Below, piece after piece: positions 1-13,000 of a DNA stretch of 64,000 nt. Positions within the stretch are counted from its first letter, which is position 1; each line of letters opens with the position of its first letter. Both the position numbers and the translations under genes were made by a program. This stretch comes from Oopsacas minuta (taxonomy: Eukaryota > Animalia > Porifera). The stretch is from positions 558,001 through 622,000 of the forward strand of contig JAKMXF010000233.1 in assembly GCA_024704765.1 (NCBI GenBank). The letters run 5' to 3'. The notes below the pieces were generated by a model. That model did not search any database. It had not been told where the DNA came from and worked only from the letters and a program-made list of their open reading frames with translations.

Positions 1-96
1 GGTCACACACACATACACAGTGGAACCTCTTTAAGACTAATTTCCTTGATAAAGAGATTTGACCATCCGTTGGTGTTACACTGTATTCATTTGTAG

Positions 97-908
97 TCTA
101 ACTAATGATCAGCTCAGCACGATAGTTCAGGGTCTACCAGTACTGGTAATAGAGTATAATTGTGGTGTAACAGATGAAGTAAGTGAGCGTGTTGTTATAG
201 CACTACTGATTACGTCAAAAGTTGTCATTCTTGTGGTTGCTATGGTGATAGCGTTTGATACAAGATCTCTGAAGTTTAGGAAACACAGGGAAAATGTTTG
301 GGTTGGCATTTCTATCTATACTGTAGCTATTCTGGGTATTGTTGGTATTATTTGTTACCAATTCATACTTAGACAGGTTTGTATGTTTGTTTGTTGTAAA
401 TATATAGTTACATACAAGTATTTCCACAAGTAATGCATTCAAATTTTTTACGTTAACTTTCAAAATTTGAATGCAAAATCAAAAATTACAATCTGTGCCG
501 ACAGCTTAGTATTTAATCACTATTAATTGGAGGCACTAAAATATTTCATGTTTATTTTAGGCTGATTTGAGATTCGGATTGGTGGTTTTGTGTATGATAA
601 TTGCAGTTGCGTCAGCAACAAACATAATTTTCATACCAATCCTATTTCTACTGATCCAGGACCGTGAGGGGAAGGGAGAATACGGGGTCCAACTGCTGAC
701 CAAATCGAAACTAGAAGACGGTGATTTTGTTAGCCAATACAAGAACAGAATTGCGATTCTTGAAGGGGAAAACAGGAAATTGAGCGTTTCAATGCAGGAG
801 GAATTTGCAGAATTAAAAAGACTTACATCGCACTCCCAACTACTGCCGACTGATGAAGAACCCATGAGTGTAATTAAGAACATCCATAAAAGTGTAAGTG
901 TTCTATAG
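97..908 (+). CDS. 3' part of class C (GABA-B-like) GPCR, paralogue 1: exons 97-376 (ECL2-TM5-TM6) and 561-908 (TM7, coiled coil, C-terminal ...SVL); 5' part lies outside the window
   Basis: SKVVILVVAMVIAFDTRSLKFRKHRENVWVGISIYTV resembles GABA-B TM5/TM6; canonical AG/GT boundaries; paralogous to 4470-5344. Confidence 0.85.
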
Positions 909-1655
909 GATTGAATACCTATTGAATTGAATGGTAACTAAGATAAATTTTGAGTACTATTTGTTTGAATTTTATTTATTTTGGAGATATTCAAATAAAT
1001 ACCTATTGTATCAAATGGCAACTAGGGTATGAAAATCTCCATAATTATCTGAGAATAGGTTACAAAAGTGTCGACCTATCAGATTTGATGTGTAAGCTGA
1101 TGGTTAATTGATTGTGTACATTTCATAGTGGCATGACATATTTGTAACACCTATCTTAGACTGTAAGTTGATTGGCCTACCATTATCTTAATAAATATAA
1201 TGATTGTGAATATGATTAACGTAATATAATATTTTGTAGAGTGACAGCATAATAGGCTTTCAGTATACATTTAATAGTCCGTTAAAGTTTGTACTTGTAC
1301 TCGTGTATATATTGAGAAATGCATTGTATTTCCTTAACGGCCACTTTCCATAGCTGCCACTTCTCTATAAATGATACTTTTGGCCACCCCCCTTTAGTGG
1401 CAGTTATAGAATGGTTTCAGATTGCTACCGCAAAGTTAGGACTCCGCTGAATAGGATCACAACGGTACCAGGCCTATTTGTCCCGATTAACCAGAGTAAT
1501 TATTTGTATGGTTCTGTTTCTGGACAAGTGACTGAATTAACAGGAGTCTACTGTACATATTAAACCCCTAATTTATAGAAATTATGTACATAGCAACCAA
1601 TACGACGAAAGGTATTTAATTACATTCCTTATAATTATTATTTTAAAATAGCTAG

Positions 1656-4600
1656 ATGCATATTTCAGTGGCATTCTTGTTGCTAACGGCAATCATCATA
1701 AACCCCACTAATGGTCAACGGGAAACGATAAATTTTGCATTTTTCTACCCATTCAATTCAAATGAGATCTCACATCCAGAATCCTATAATATAACAGAAG
1801 TAATTAACTATGGAATAGAGAAATTCAATCAGACAGAACTCGGAGAAAAGTACCAGTTACAAATGAATGTGTATAACTCTAATTGCGATGCTAGAGATGC
1901 GATTAGAGCTTATATTGAAATGCTCCAAGATCCGTACTTCTATCCTTTTATCGTTGGTAAGGTATTTTGAATGTTTTAGTTAAGTAAGTGGTTCCAAACA
2001 TGGACCTTAGTGGTCCATGGACAACAGCAGAGGGTCCACACGATGTCAAAATTTGTATTACAGTATCTGGGAGAGGTCCACAGGATGTCAAAATTAGCAT
2101 AGGGGGTCCAAGAGTGAACAAGTTTGGGAGTCACTCAGTTAAGTCCAGCGTACTTCGTGCTAGATTTTTGAATTTTCCAAATTAACACACAAATGACGAA
2201 TTTCAACTTTATAGCTCTTACAAGTTCCTCAAAAAATCCACCTATATCTCATAAATAATTAGCAAAAATGGTGTGAAAATATGTATATAGCGTATTTATA
2301 ACATTACCCATTAATAGGTCCCGGTTGTTCTCTCGCAGCAGAACCTATAGGTCTGGACTTAACTTCAACAAACATCCTAGCGATCTCCTACTACGCCTCG
2401 TCCCCTCAATTCGAAAACAATACCCTATTTCCGAACTTTTTCAGACTTTTCCCTTCAGAGCTTACTCTATTAAATGCCAGGGTGAATTTTATAAATGATC
2501 AAGGCTGGAATCGAATAGCTATTATCATGCAAAGTATTTCCTTGTTCGCGTCCTCCATTCAAGAGCTACAAGCAGACCTACAGGCGTCAAATATAGAATT
2601 TGATATATTTCTCATTTACGACGAAGAAGGGATAGGGGAGACTTTGAGAGACGTGTTAAATGACCAGTATAATATATTTATTGCACTGTTCTACCCTGAT
2701 TTTGCTGTATCAGTCTTGTGTAATTTTTACAATCAACCGAAGAGTGATGAAGCACCGTATGTATGGTTATTAGATGGATGGTAGGTTAATGAATAAACAA
2801 ATGAGTTAATTAATAAACAAACAAACAAACAAATAAACAAACAAACAAACAAACAAACAAATAAACAAACATACAAACATACAAACAAATAAACCAGTAA
2901 ACAACAAACAAACAAATAAATAACAATAAACACCATTTTAGGTTACCAGTGGATTTTTACACTAAAGTTGGTATTTCAGGGTGTCAGGTAGAAAATATCA
3001 TAAACATTCTAGAATATTCTTTATATTTCACAAATGATTTTCTTACAAACAACCAAACTGCACCAACAGTTCTTGGTCCGAGCTACTTAGAATATGAAAA
3101 TGCCTTCAATTCTACAATCATAGAGGACAATTTGGTATTCGACAGCTTTTCAACTATGATAGCAGCTTTAGAGAAATACGATGATTTGTATAATGACACT
3201 TGTGACAGTGAATCAACATGCTTGAAGGATTTTGACTATAATCAACCAGTAATTACGGATAGGTTGAGGCAAATACTGTATGGATTAGATATTCAAGGTA
3301 AGTGTCGGGTCTATAATTCGACTCTTAACTGGAATTAACACATTCATATACTGCTTTTGACCAATAAGATTAAGACTAATGTTCTATTTATAGGCATAAC
3401 CGGCCTAATAAACTTCACACAGACTGGAGGGCGATTAGGTGATGTGTTTATAGAACAGTCATTCAATGGGGTGAGGTATAGAGTTGGTAACAGTTCTGGG
3501 TACACAAATGAGATATTTGTGGACAATGCCACTTGGCTCGGGGGTGTGACACCAGCTGATGGGTCTACTGTGAGGTTTAGTTACATAACTTTAGCTCAAT
3601 TTATCGTGTTTACCTGTTTTGCTGTTATTGGTATTGTTTCCTCTATTGTGTATATTGTTATTATGCTTATAAAGTGGAAGCATGGAGCTATCAGTTCTAA
3701 CACTCCTTTATTGACACTAACTACACTCATTGGTGAGTTGTGTTGTTTGTTTGTTTACTTGCTAGTTTGTTTGTATGTTTGTCTGTTTGTTTGTATATTT
3801 GTTTGTTTACCAAATAACCCAGCTTTCACACCTTTTTAGGTTCCATAACACTATACTCTGGAACTATTCTCCTACAAATCCCCAACCTGGAGGATTATGT
3901 AATTAATGACTTGATCGGAACCGCTTTCGTGTGTAATATCATTAATTGGGTACTAACACTTGGTTTCACAGTTACATATTACCCCTTGTTCCTCAAAATG
4001 TTGTACGCGTTTTACATCAAAGAATACAAACTGAAGAATGTGGGACGAAGGAAGAAGAAGTTCCAATTTGAGGAGTGGCACTTGTTGATTATTTTAGGAA
4101 TATTTCTTGCTTTTGATGTGTTGTATCTATTGTTGTGGTCTGCTATCCCACAGATACGATTTGGGTAAGTTTGAATATATACAGCGGTTACCAGCCTGTG
4201 GTCCACGGACGACAGGAGGGCGGTATTCACAGTATTTCAACAATAATTTTTCCGAAAATTCGAGGCCACCACTAGTATATTTATGTTTCTTGATGCTGTA
4301 TACAGTCAACTCCTGTTATATCTTAGCTGAAGGGACCGTGATAATTACTTAGATATAACCGAGGGAATATTTGTTACTTTGACGGTTTGGGACCATATTT
4401 GTACAATTTCAAACTTCCATATAAGCGGGTATTTCTATATGACAGGAGTTTGACTGTATTCATTTGTAGTCTAACTAATGATCAGCTCAGCACGATAGTT
4501 CAGGGTCTACCAGTACTGGTAATAGAGTATAATTGTGGTGTAACAGATGAAGTAAGTGAGCGTGTTGTTATAGCACTACTGATTACGTCAAAAGTTGTCA

Positions 4601-5344
4601 TTCTTGTGGTTGCTATGGTGATAGCGTTTGATACAAGATCTCTGAAGTTTAGGAAACACAGGGAAAATGTTTGGGTTGGCATTTCTATCTATACTGTAGC
4701 TATTCTGGGGTTTATTGGCATTATTTGTTACCAATTCATACTTAGACAGGTTTGTTTGTTTTTATTTACTGTTATTTATATATTTGTATATCAATTTATA
4801 CCAATAGAAAATCAGCATAGTAATCCTCAAATCTGATCGGAGATACACATTTGGCACATTTCTCAGCGATATGTAAATACTTTGTCGAAAATTTGGATAA
4901 TCTTATAACCGACATATTCTTATAACCGGAATATTCTTATAACCGGCATGTTCTTATAACCGGTATGGTGTTCATATTTTCGGTACCCAATTACCCATTG
5001 TATTTATCTAGGCTGACTTGAGGTTCGGACTGGTTGTAATGTGTGTGTTAGTTGGGGTCGCATCAACAACAAACATAATTTTCATACCAATCCTGGTCTT
5101 ACTGATCCAGGACCGTGATGGGAAGGGAGAATACGGGGTAGAACTATGCCTCAAATCGAATCTAGAGGATAATGATTTTGTCAACCAATACAAGAATAGA
5201 ATTCAAATTCTAGAAGCGGAACTACAAAGAACAAGGGGGTCATTATCTAAGGAAAAAAAGAGGACCACCTCGGATGCCAACCTAATAGTTAATGAGGAAG
5301 ATCTAAGTTCTATAAATAGAAGTAAAAGGGAAAGTATTTTGTAA
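1656..5344 (+). CDS. Class C GABA-B-like GPCR, paralogue 2 (signal peptide, Venus-flytrap domain, 7TM, coiled coil); exons 1656-1956, 2318-2780, 2942-3297, 3394-3732, 3840-4164, 4470-4749, 5012-5344
   Basis: Signal peptide MHISVAFLLLTAII; NSNCDARDA, GPGCSLAAEP, YVWLLDGW and QGITGLINF..GGRLG motifs of the ANF-receptor domain; seven hydrophobic segments; GT-AG junctions; junction codons read through sensibly. Confidence 0.88.
1987..2135. mobile_element. hAT-like MITE in GPCR intron 1
   Basis: Imperfect terminal inverted repeats agtggttccaaac (1987) / gtttgggagtcact (2122-2135) and internal ggtccac repeats; related fragments near 22430-22575, 30640-30740, 37810-37895, 48395-48445 and 61660-61710. 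Confidence 0.55.
4303..4456. mobile_element. Tc1/mariner-type MITE (about 155 bp), TA target duplication
   Basis: TA|cagtcaactcctgttata ... tatgacaggagtttgactg|TA; homologous copies at about 11535-11680, 21955-22106 (inverted), 41159-41312 and a fragment at 36545-36580. Confidence 0.75.
4901..4963. repeat. 17-bp tandem repeat (core tcttataaccg) x4, intronic
   Basis: Core at 4901, 4918, 4935, 4952. Confidence 0.85.
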
Positions 5345-6112
5345 AGTTTTCATCACGGATTTGTGTAAATAGAAGTTTTAGATATTTGTTGCTCCGTTGT
5401 CGTTTATGCTGGATTGTTTACTGTTCAGTTGTTGACAATATTTGTGTATATATAATGGAACTATCAACCAATTCTTACGTCAATCGGGCACAGTCAAATT
5501 CGGGGGTATTGCAATAATTCGTCCAGATATATTAGAGCTTAGGATTAAAATGGAACTGAAACTATAAAATCATTGCATTTTGTACTTGTGAATAGAAAAA
5601 TGTGGCGAAAGTGTAATTGATGGCTTAAACGCTAATATTTACACCAAAATGATTACCAAATAGTAATCTTTACAACTTTTCAATAACAAAAATGAATTGT
5701 TAATTACGTAATTAAATCTACTAAAATAGGAAAAATTGGAATTTACAAAATAATGAATTGTGTAAGAGATCAGATTGCAAGTAGGCAGAAGTATATATGG
5801 AACTTAACTCTATTTGATTGGATAAAGTGGATAATCTGGCGCCAAATATATGATATTATAATATTTATCTTGTAAACAACTAAAAGACAACAACAAACAA
5901 CCATCAGGTCTGTTAATAAATGGGTAGTTTGATAATTACGTTATTATTAATAAAACCTGAATCATTTATAAACGGCCAAATATGTGAATATTTTGTATTT
6001 AAAATGTGGACAAAAAATTGAGCATAGCTACTCGATTGGACTCAATTCCACCCTCGAAAAGGTTTGAAAATATGAACCTATTCCTTAATTAATTTATACA
6101 TTATCTAATAGA

Positions 6113-8092
6113 ATGGCAACAAATATTCAAGACATTCTCCAATGCAGAAAATGTAAAAACAGTCAACCTACAAACCTGAAATACCTAGGATGTCTACATG
6201 TTTTCTGTGAAAACTGTCTTGTCGAAATGATAACACCTGATTCGTGTGTAAAATGTAGCGTGTGTAAGGCTAAAACCCGATTGGATAATAATAGTATCAA
6301 CGGGTTGCCAACATGCAAAATTGGCAGATATAGCCATCTTATTAGGGCACTAAATGAACTACAGAGCGACACATTTTGTCATAGCTGTAAATCAAATGAT
6401 CGTCATGCGAGTCTATACTGTTTTGATTGTCAGTTCTTTCTTTGCACTGACTGTCACTTAAAACGCCACCAAGTGTTTCAAGCAAGCCACTTAAAGGTGT
6501 TAACTAAGAGTGACATGAAATGCAAAAGTGTCGATGAACTCTTAGAATTGATTGGCCTGCCTGAATGCGAGGAGCATCCAGGAAATACAGCAACACATTT
6601 CGACACCAACTACAACATTCCAATCTGCCAATTCCATCTTAGTGATCAGTCAGGCGCCATAAAAGAAATTAGTTCCGTTGTCAAGGAGCGTCACAAAACT
6701 ATTCACGATAAAATGAATAAAAGTCTTCAAGTAGCTGAGCTGATGAAAAGTCGTTTGAACGATTTGAGTGCGCTGAAAATTACAATTTTGAAAGACGAGA
6801 CCGAAGCGCTCAATTCCGCCAATGAATACTTTGATAATTTAGTCAGCTGTGTCGAAATTAGGCGCCAAGAGGTGTTAAAAGAAATTAAAAGAAAATCAAA
6901 ACCTAGCCACCAAACAATAAACACAGAAATGGAAAAGCAAGAAACAACTATTGAAAAATATTTTGACGCACAACAATACATTCGATGGAATTTGGACACT
7001 TTGCCAAAAACTTTTCTTATCAAGGACTTTGATGCGATTGATTGGTATTTTGGACATTTTAATGATAAATTAGGTGTGAAAACTGCCACTTTAAAGAATC
7101 TTCATTCACTCGATGTCCCACAATTCATACAAGATGAAAATATAGAAAATATTCTATCAAAAACTGTGTTTATTGAAGGGGAAAATAGTCAAAAACATCT
7201 CCCAAGAGTGGAATCTATACCCAAAATAGCTGTAAGGACACAAATACCTCAAACGCCACCACAAACGCCACCACGAACAAAGCTACCCCAGAAAAAGACT
7301 AGCATTATAAGTTTAACAGAAACAAACGGGAAACTTATCCAACCTTCGGAAATTGTGTCGGATTTTGACAAATATTACATACTAGACAGAAATACAAATA
7401 ATGTCCACGTGGCAGATAGAAACGGACACATTTTTGACACCTTAACAATCCACCTACTCCATGCCAGAAGCACTTGGGGTCTGGCTTATAAAAGTGGCAG
7501 ACTATTCGTGTCAGACATTCACTATAAGCATGTGGTAATGATGGACACTAAGGGACAAGTCCTCTCAATAATCCACAAGACTGATCGGCGGACATTTGGC
7601 CATCCAACTGGTCTCGTGGTTAACAACATCGAAAATTGTGTTGCTATTGTTGACACTCATCTAAAGAGTCTCCACATATTCACTTTAACACCTCGGTATA
7701 AGACAACCCTTGGTTCTGATTGGTTGGAGAATCCAACAGCTGTCTGCGTCGACAATTTGGGGAATTTTATCGTTTTGGACAGTTCGGATCCTCTCAAATT
7801 TGTGGTACTAAATATCTCACAGAATTTTGTTAAACACATTTACCCACCTTTTGAAGAAATAGCCATTGGCCTGCCACAAAGCATAATCGTGAATTCCAAT
7901 GGGTTTCTATGTTGGAGTGATATTTCTACACATTCCATTGTGGTTGTTAGGGAAGATGGGAGTTTGGTAGATATTTATGGAGCAGGCAGAGAGGGTGGAG
8001 TAACCTTTAAGAGCCCTGCTGGTATTTGCTTGGATTTTAGAGAGAATTTGGTTGTTTGTGACACATTGAGTAATTGTCTAGTTGTTTTGTAA
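6113..8092 (+). CDS. TRIM-NHL E3 ligase (RING, B-box, degenerate second B-box, coiled coil, NHL propeller), single exon, 659 aa
   Basis: CRKC...CLHVFCENC...CSVC RING; CHSC...YCFDCQFFLCTDC..RH...H B-box; NHL motifs FGHPTGLVVN, LENPTAVCVD, FKSPAGICLD. Confidence 0.9.
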   Translation: MATNIQDILQCRKCKNSQPTNLKYLGCLHVFCENCLVEMITPDSCVKCSVCKAKTRLDNNSINGLPTCKIGRYSHLIRALNELQSDTFCHSCKSNDRHASLYCFDCQFFLCTDCHLKRHQVFQASHLKVLTKSDMKCKSVDELLELIGLPECEEHPGNTATHFDTNYNIPICQFHLSDQSGAIKEISSVVKERHKTIHDKMNKSLQVAELMKSRLNDLSALKITILKDETEALNSANEYFDNLVSCVEIRRQEVLKEIKRKSKPSHQTINTEMEKQETTIEKYFDAQQYIRWNLDTLPKTFLIKDFDAIDWYFGHFNDKLGVKTATLKNLHSLDVPQFIQDENIENILSKTVFIEGENSQKHLPRVESIPKIAVRTQIPQTPPQTPPRTKLPQKKTSIISLTETNGKLIQPSEIVSDFDKYYILDRNTNNVHVADRNGHIFDTLTIHLLHARSTWGLAYKSGRLFVSDIHYKHVVMMDTKGQVLSIIHKTDRRTFGHPTGLVVNNIENCVAIVDTHLKSLHIFTLTPRYKTTLGSDWLENPTAVCVDNLGNFIVLDSSDPLKFVVLNISQNFVKHIYPPFEEIAIGLPQSIIVNSNGFLCWSDISTHSIVVVREDGSLVDIYGAGREGGVTFKSPAGICLDFRENLVVCDTLSNCLVVL

Positions 8093-8405
8093 ACAAATTT
8101 CTTGTCCATGTTTGTGTATTTATAAATTAATCTGCTCATTAGTAAACATATCCATTATTATTATGAAAATAAAGGAATACATATTTCCAAACACCTTGCT
8201 TCATAACAGCGTTTCCTAAGCATTTTCACACAGTAGGGGAGGGCTGGCCGAAAAATGCAGTGAATTCCCAAACGGTTGTCAGGTTTGATACAGAGGCGGC
8301 GACGCTAGCCAGCCGCCTCTGGTCTGATAATACCTATATTTTCTCGAATACATCATTACCTTATTTATATGTATCAAATATTTTCACGATTAGTAAACAA
8401 AATAA

Positions 8406-9522
8406 ATGGCAAAATCAAGGACGGATAATACTGGTAATCTCCCGATTGACACTGAAACAGAATCTCCTACAAAAAGGAAGATAATTCAAGATAGAAATGA
8501 TGAGCCTAATAACGAAAACTCTAACTTAGAGGATAAGTTTGTCACCTCCAAACTTGAGTCGCTCGAGGTTCCATCAGATCCATTGACTAAAAAGACAGAA
8601 ACTTTGTGTAAGTTCTTTAATCTCGCCAACAACCACGGGGGTGGCGAAGAAGCCCGAACAATAGTTCGGAAAAGATAGGCAAAGGTTTAAATTGGAACTC
8701 AAAACATCATAGTTCCAATTTAAACCTCAATAAATACTTATAGGCATTTTTTTGCTTCTAGATGATTTCAATTATCCGATGGAAGCGAAGGGCAGAGGCA
8801 TCATTATAATTAACGAACATTTCAGTCCTGACAGTGGACTGACTGAGAGAAAGGGTGCTAAGAAGGACCTGGAGTACTTGGAAAATATTTACAATAAATT
8901 GGATATAGATTACACAGAAAACATACACCGCGATATTAAGGAACATCAAATGTTTGATCATATACGGACTTTTGCCAAAGCAATTGTGAAGCCGTGTTCG
9001 GTTATTTTTGTATCAATCTCTTCACATGAGAGGAATAATGGAGAAGTTATGGGCTCGGAGGGGAGAGGGATTACCGTCGGAGAGCTGGTTGAGATTTTCC
9101 AAAAACAACCGAGTTTACTAGGCATACCGAAGGTTTTCCTTATTCAAGCTTGCAAGGGAGGCGGTTACGAGGAAAGACATTGCCAAACGGATTCTACAAC
9201 CGTCATTTCGCCGATACTTGGATTCACTACCAACCAATCTGATACCCTTATTGCTTATTCTACGTCTGAGGGGTCAGTGTCTTACAGACATAAGACTGAA
9301 GGCTCGTGGTTCTTTCATGAACTTCATGATTGCATATTCAAACAAAAATATGAAAACCTACATTTTGTAGAAATATTGACAGTGGTTACAGCGACTATAG
9401 TGGAAGAATGTGTTATTAATAAAGAGGATAAGAAACTGACAGAAACACCATTTTATGCTTCCTCTCTCAGACTTTTTCTGCGATTCAAAAAAAGGCAAAC
9501 CGTCAAAAGGTTTAGCTCCTAA
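8406..9522 (+). CDS. Caspase with short prodomain; exons 8406-8607 and 8762-9522
   Basis: GRGIIIINEHF, ERKGAKKD, SSH, FLIQACKG, QTD|S linker, SYR and GSWF motifs; phase-1 intron with gtaagt donor and cttctag acceptor. Confidence 0.9.
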
Positions 9523-9604
9523 AGAGCTAAACCTTTAAATATGAATATACATGTATATCACTTCCATATTAGGTATTCACATTTATTAATATACTCAAAA
9601 ATTT

Positions 9605-9700
9605 GTTATCTAATATCCATAGTGTATTATTAGTTATCTAATATCCATAGTGTATTATTAGTTATCTAATATCCATAGTGTATTATTAGTTATCTAATAT
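9605..9700. repeat. 28-bp tandem repeat gttatctaatatccatagtgtattatta x3.4
   Basis: Units start at 9605, 9633, 9661; partial unit at 9689. Confidence 0.9.
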
Positions 9701-10094
9701 TAATGTAACACATCAATATCAGGACAACAAACATCAATGGTTTGTGTACGAAATAAATTGCGGAATTGTTCTAGAATATTCTATATTATTAGACCATTTA
9801 CAGCAAAGAAATTAGTCAAAAATATTAGCACAATTAAAGTACAATTTTGATCCTCTTTACTTGCCTCTTGGACCAATTTGGACCCACTAAATATAATTAT
9901 ACATGTTCACACATAATTTAACACCATTTGTTTACTCGTAAACAAACCCTAGAGAAATAACTGGCAGCAAATTTGTTTATTTATTTGTTTATTTATTTCA
10001 TTCACCTATCCAAAGCAATATAAACTAACAACACCCTAACAACCAATAAGATTTGATTCTAATAATAGCTACATTATAATCTCTACTAATCTAA

Positions 10095-13000
10095 TTATAG
10101 AACAGATAGTAACATCCTCATCTGATTGGTTAACTCTTCTCTTTCACGGGTCAACTTGTCCTCTTGGGATTGGATGTTTGATATCTTGGCGGGTCTGTCG
10201 AACAGGGAGACAGTTTGTTCCAAATTCTGTTTGAGGAGATTGTCTTTTTGGGAGAGTTCAGCCATCTAAAAGGTGTGAAAATATGAATATACAGTGGGAG
10301 AGCGTTAATACGAATATCTGGATAAAGCGTACACATTTGACTGAAGGGCTTCGCATTATCAGTTGTCAGAGATTATCTGGAATTATTATATTTTCACAAA
10401 CTTCAAGTCAAGATGAGAAATAAACAAACAAACAAACAAACAAACAAACAAATAAACAAACAAACAAACCTTAGAGGCTATATCAGGAGGAAATTTATTT
10501 TCCTTTTCTATTACAGCTATTTTATTGTTTATGTGTTTACGATCTGTTTCTAATTGATTCTTAACACTCTTAAAGGCTTGTCTGTCTTTATTGGCTCTGA
10601 ACTTGTCAATATTTGTTATTATTTTCTTTGATAAACTCAATTTCTTCTCAAATAAATAACAATAATCTTCTCTGACAGCTTTCAGTTGCATTTTAGCAAG
10701 GGCATCTTGATCCTAAATATTTATATCTGTTAAATAGTTGGTGTTAAGATGGTTGCTATGATAATATATCAATTTAATATATTACAAATAAATGGAATGT
10801 TTGTTTGTTTGTTTGTACAAAATATAATAAGGAATTGGTAAGAGTAGCGAGATATTTATGATATATTTGAAATGTGATTAACCCACAAATATTTACAAAT
10901 ATATAATCAATCTAATCGGTGACAAAAATGCACAAACAAACAACAAACCTCCACAATTGAGAAATCCAATCTGACACTAATAATAACAACAACAAACACC
11001 AGAAAGAATGCAGTAAACAACAACAAAGGTTCTTGTAACAACATAATAGAATTGAATGAATAACTGATGGTAAAGTCTTCTATATGATTCTCGACCAAAT
11101 TTCTCTTTGTTATTGTCAAAAGTGGCCTCCCAATTGTGTCCAGATATGTGTAGTGTAAGGAGGTTGATTCGCTGTCCACGGGGTATGGGGGATCAAATTT
11201 GATGTCTCTAGAGGAATATTAATAAATTGGACTGTTTTGTAACAATTGAGAGGATGATACGAATAGGTGTTAGTGGAGGTTACACTGTACACAGATGTTT
11301 ATCTTTGCAAACAAACAAACAAACAAACTTACTGAGAGCCTTCTGGCAAAACAATAGAAAGGACTATCTCATCAACAAACTGGTTATCATACACGTGGTC
11401 CATGAATCTCATCTTTAAGGCATACTGACTACCTAACTGGTATAAGTACTCATAGGAGGGCAGATTGTACCCTATCGTGTATCTGGTCTGCCAACCTCCG
11501 AATAGAGGGAAACGAGGCCTAAACAGATGTGTAGCTAAAGTCAATTCTCCCATTATATCTAAGCTCAAGGGACCCCGATAATTACTTAGATATATCCGAT
11601 GATACATATGTTATTTTAATGGCCATTACCATATTTATACAATTTCACACTTCGGTATAGAGGAGGGTTCGATAATTTCACTAAAATAGGCGCCTATAAT
11701 CTGATGATAAAAGTATGAATCATTCACACCTTTTTGACAGCCAATCAGAATTCCAGCATTTCAATATTACAAATTCAGGTTTAAAAGTGTAAATATTCTA
11801 CCTATGATTAATCATATTTTCACACCTTATATGTATATTTATGACACCTACCTAATCTCAACTTCCACAGATTCCTGTAGTTCCTGTAGATGACTGGTAG
11901 AAATATTACCTATTTCATCTCTATAGTACACATCAGTAGCAGAAGCAGGGAGAACTGTCCTGAAGGATCGGATTGCTGACGGACTACCTCCGTATGGGTT
12001 CTTCTGGTATTCATATCTGTTGTGTGAAGTTGTAAATAAATAAACAAGTAAACAAACATAATAACAGACAAACTGGGAAACAAACAAATAAACACACCTA
12101 GAGAATGATCCTTTGAGTATAGCACCTGTGTGCTGTATATGTAGCTTCTCTTCTACAGCTATATTACCCCAATGTGATACCTCTATCCATCTGTCTAATC
12201 TCCAGGTAGTAAGAAAAGGAGAATTATTCTCAAAATGTAATGAAAACTTTTGTTTCTTGTAAGGTGATAAATCTATTAATAGAACAGATATGTGATACAG
12301 TAGACTCCGCATAACAGAGCCATCACTTGTCCAGAAACAGAACTATACAAATTAACACCTCTGCAGAATGTGATACATTTATTGGCATAGATTGGATGAT
12401 TTTGAAGTATGTACAAGATGTATATATTCATATTTTAACACTAATCTGAGACTGGAAATTAATGGGGATAGAGCATTAGTTCCAAGAACGTACTACTAAT
12501 ATGGAACTGAAACTATAATATGTATATAAAAGTACCAATAATTACCATTGAAGGGTCCATATGTGATTGTATCCTCATTAACATTAACAGGTCTTATCTG
12601 TGAATAACTTTCCACATTCTTAGAAGCAACCTTTATCGTAACAACAGCTGAGGTAGTATGGTATGGAGTGTAATGGTATAGGTTAGCTGTATACTTAACT
12701 AATTGATTATCATCTTGTTGTACTTGTTTGGGTAGGGGAGACATGGAATCTGAGTAGACTGTCTCTACAACTATCGTGATTGTAGCACGCGGTTTTAGCG
12801 GTTTTGAGAAATTTATCCGGTAAAACTTGGCGTCTCTAAAGAACGGTACAATGTAACTCCACAAACAAGGTGTCAGGAATGCTATTCCGTTTGTGGAGGT
12901 TCATTGTATGGGGCTATGAATTCAGTACATTTATTCTGTTTCTAGAATCTCTGTTTCCACAGACCCCTTTGGTGTGAGGTCACATTGTAGTGTTATAAAT

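Noticed and set aside
2733-2936. ORFs rich in VCLFVCLF (also 34003-34099, 61091-61300 and others)
   Set aside because: These are translations of intronic (TTTG)n/(CAAA)n microsatellites.
6163-7839. Antisense or alternative-frame ORFs over TRIM (and similar ones over TRAF, DNAAF1, the transporter and the NHL genes)
   Set aside because: They are shadows of real CDSs with no independent motifs.
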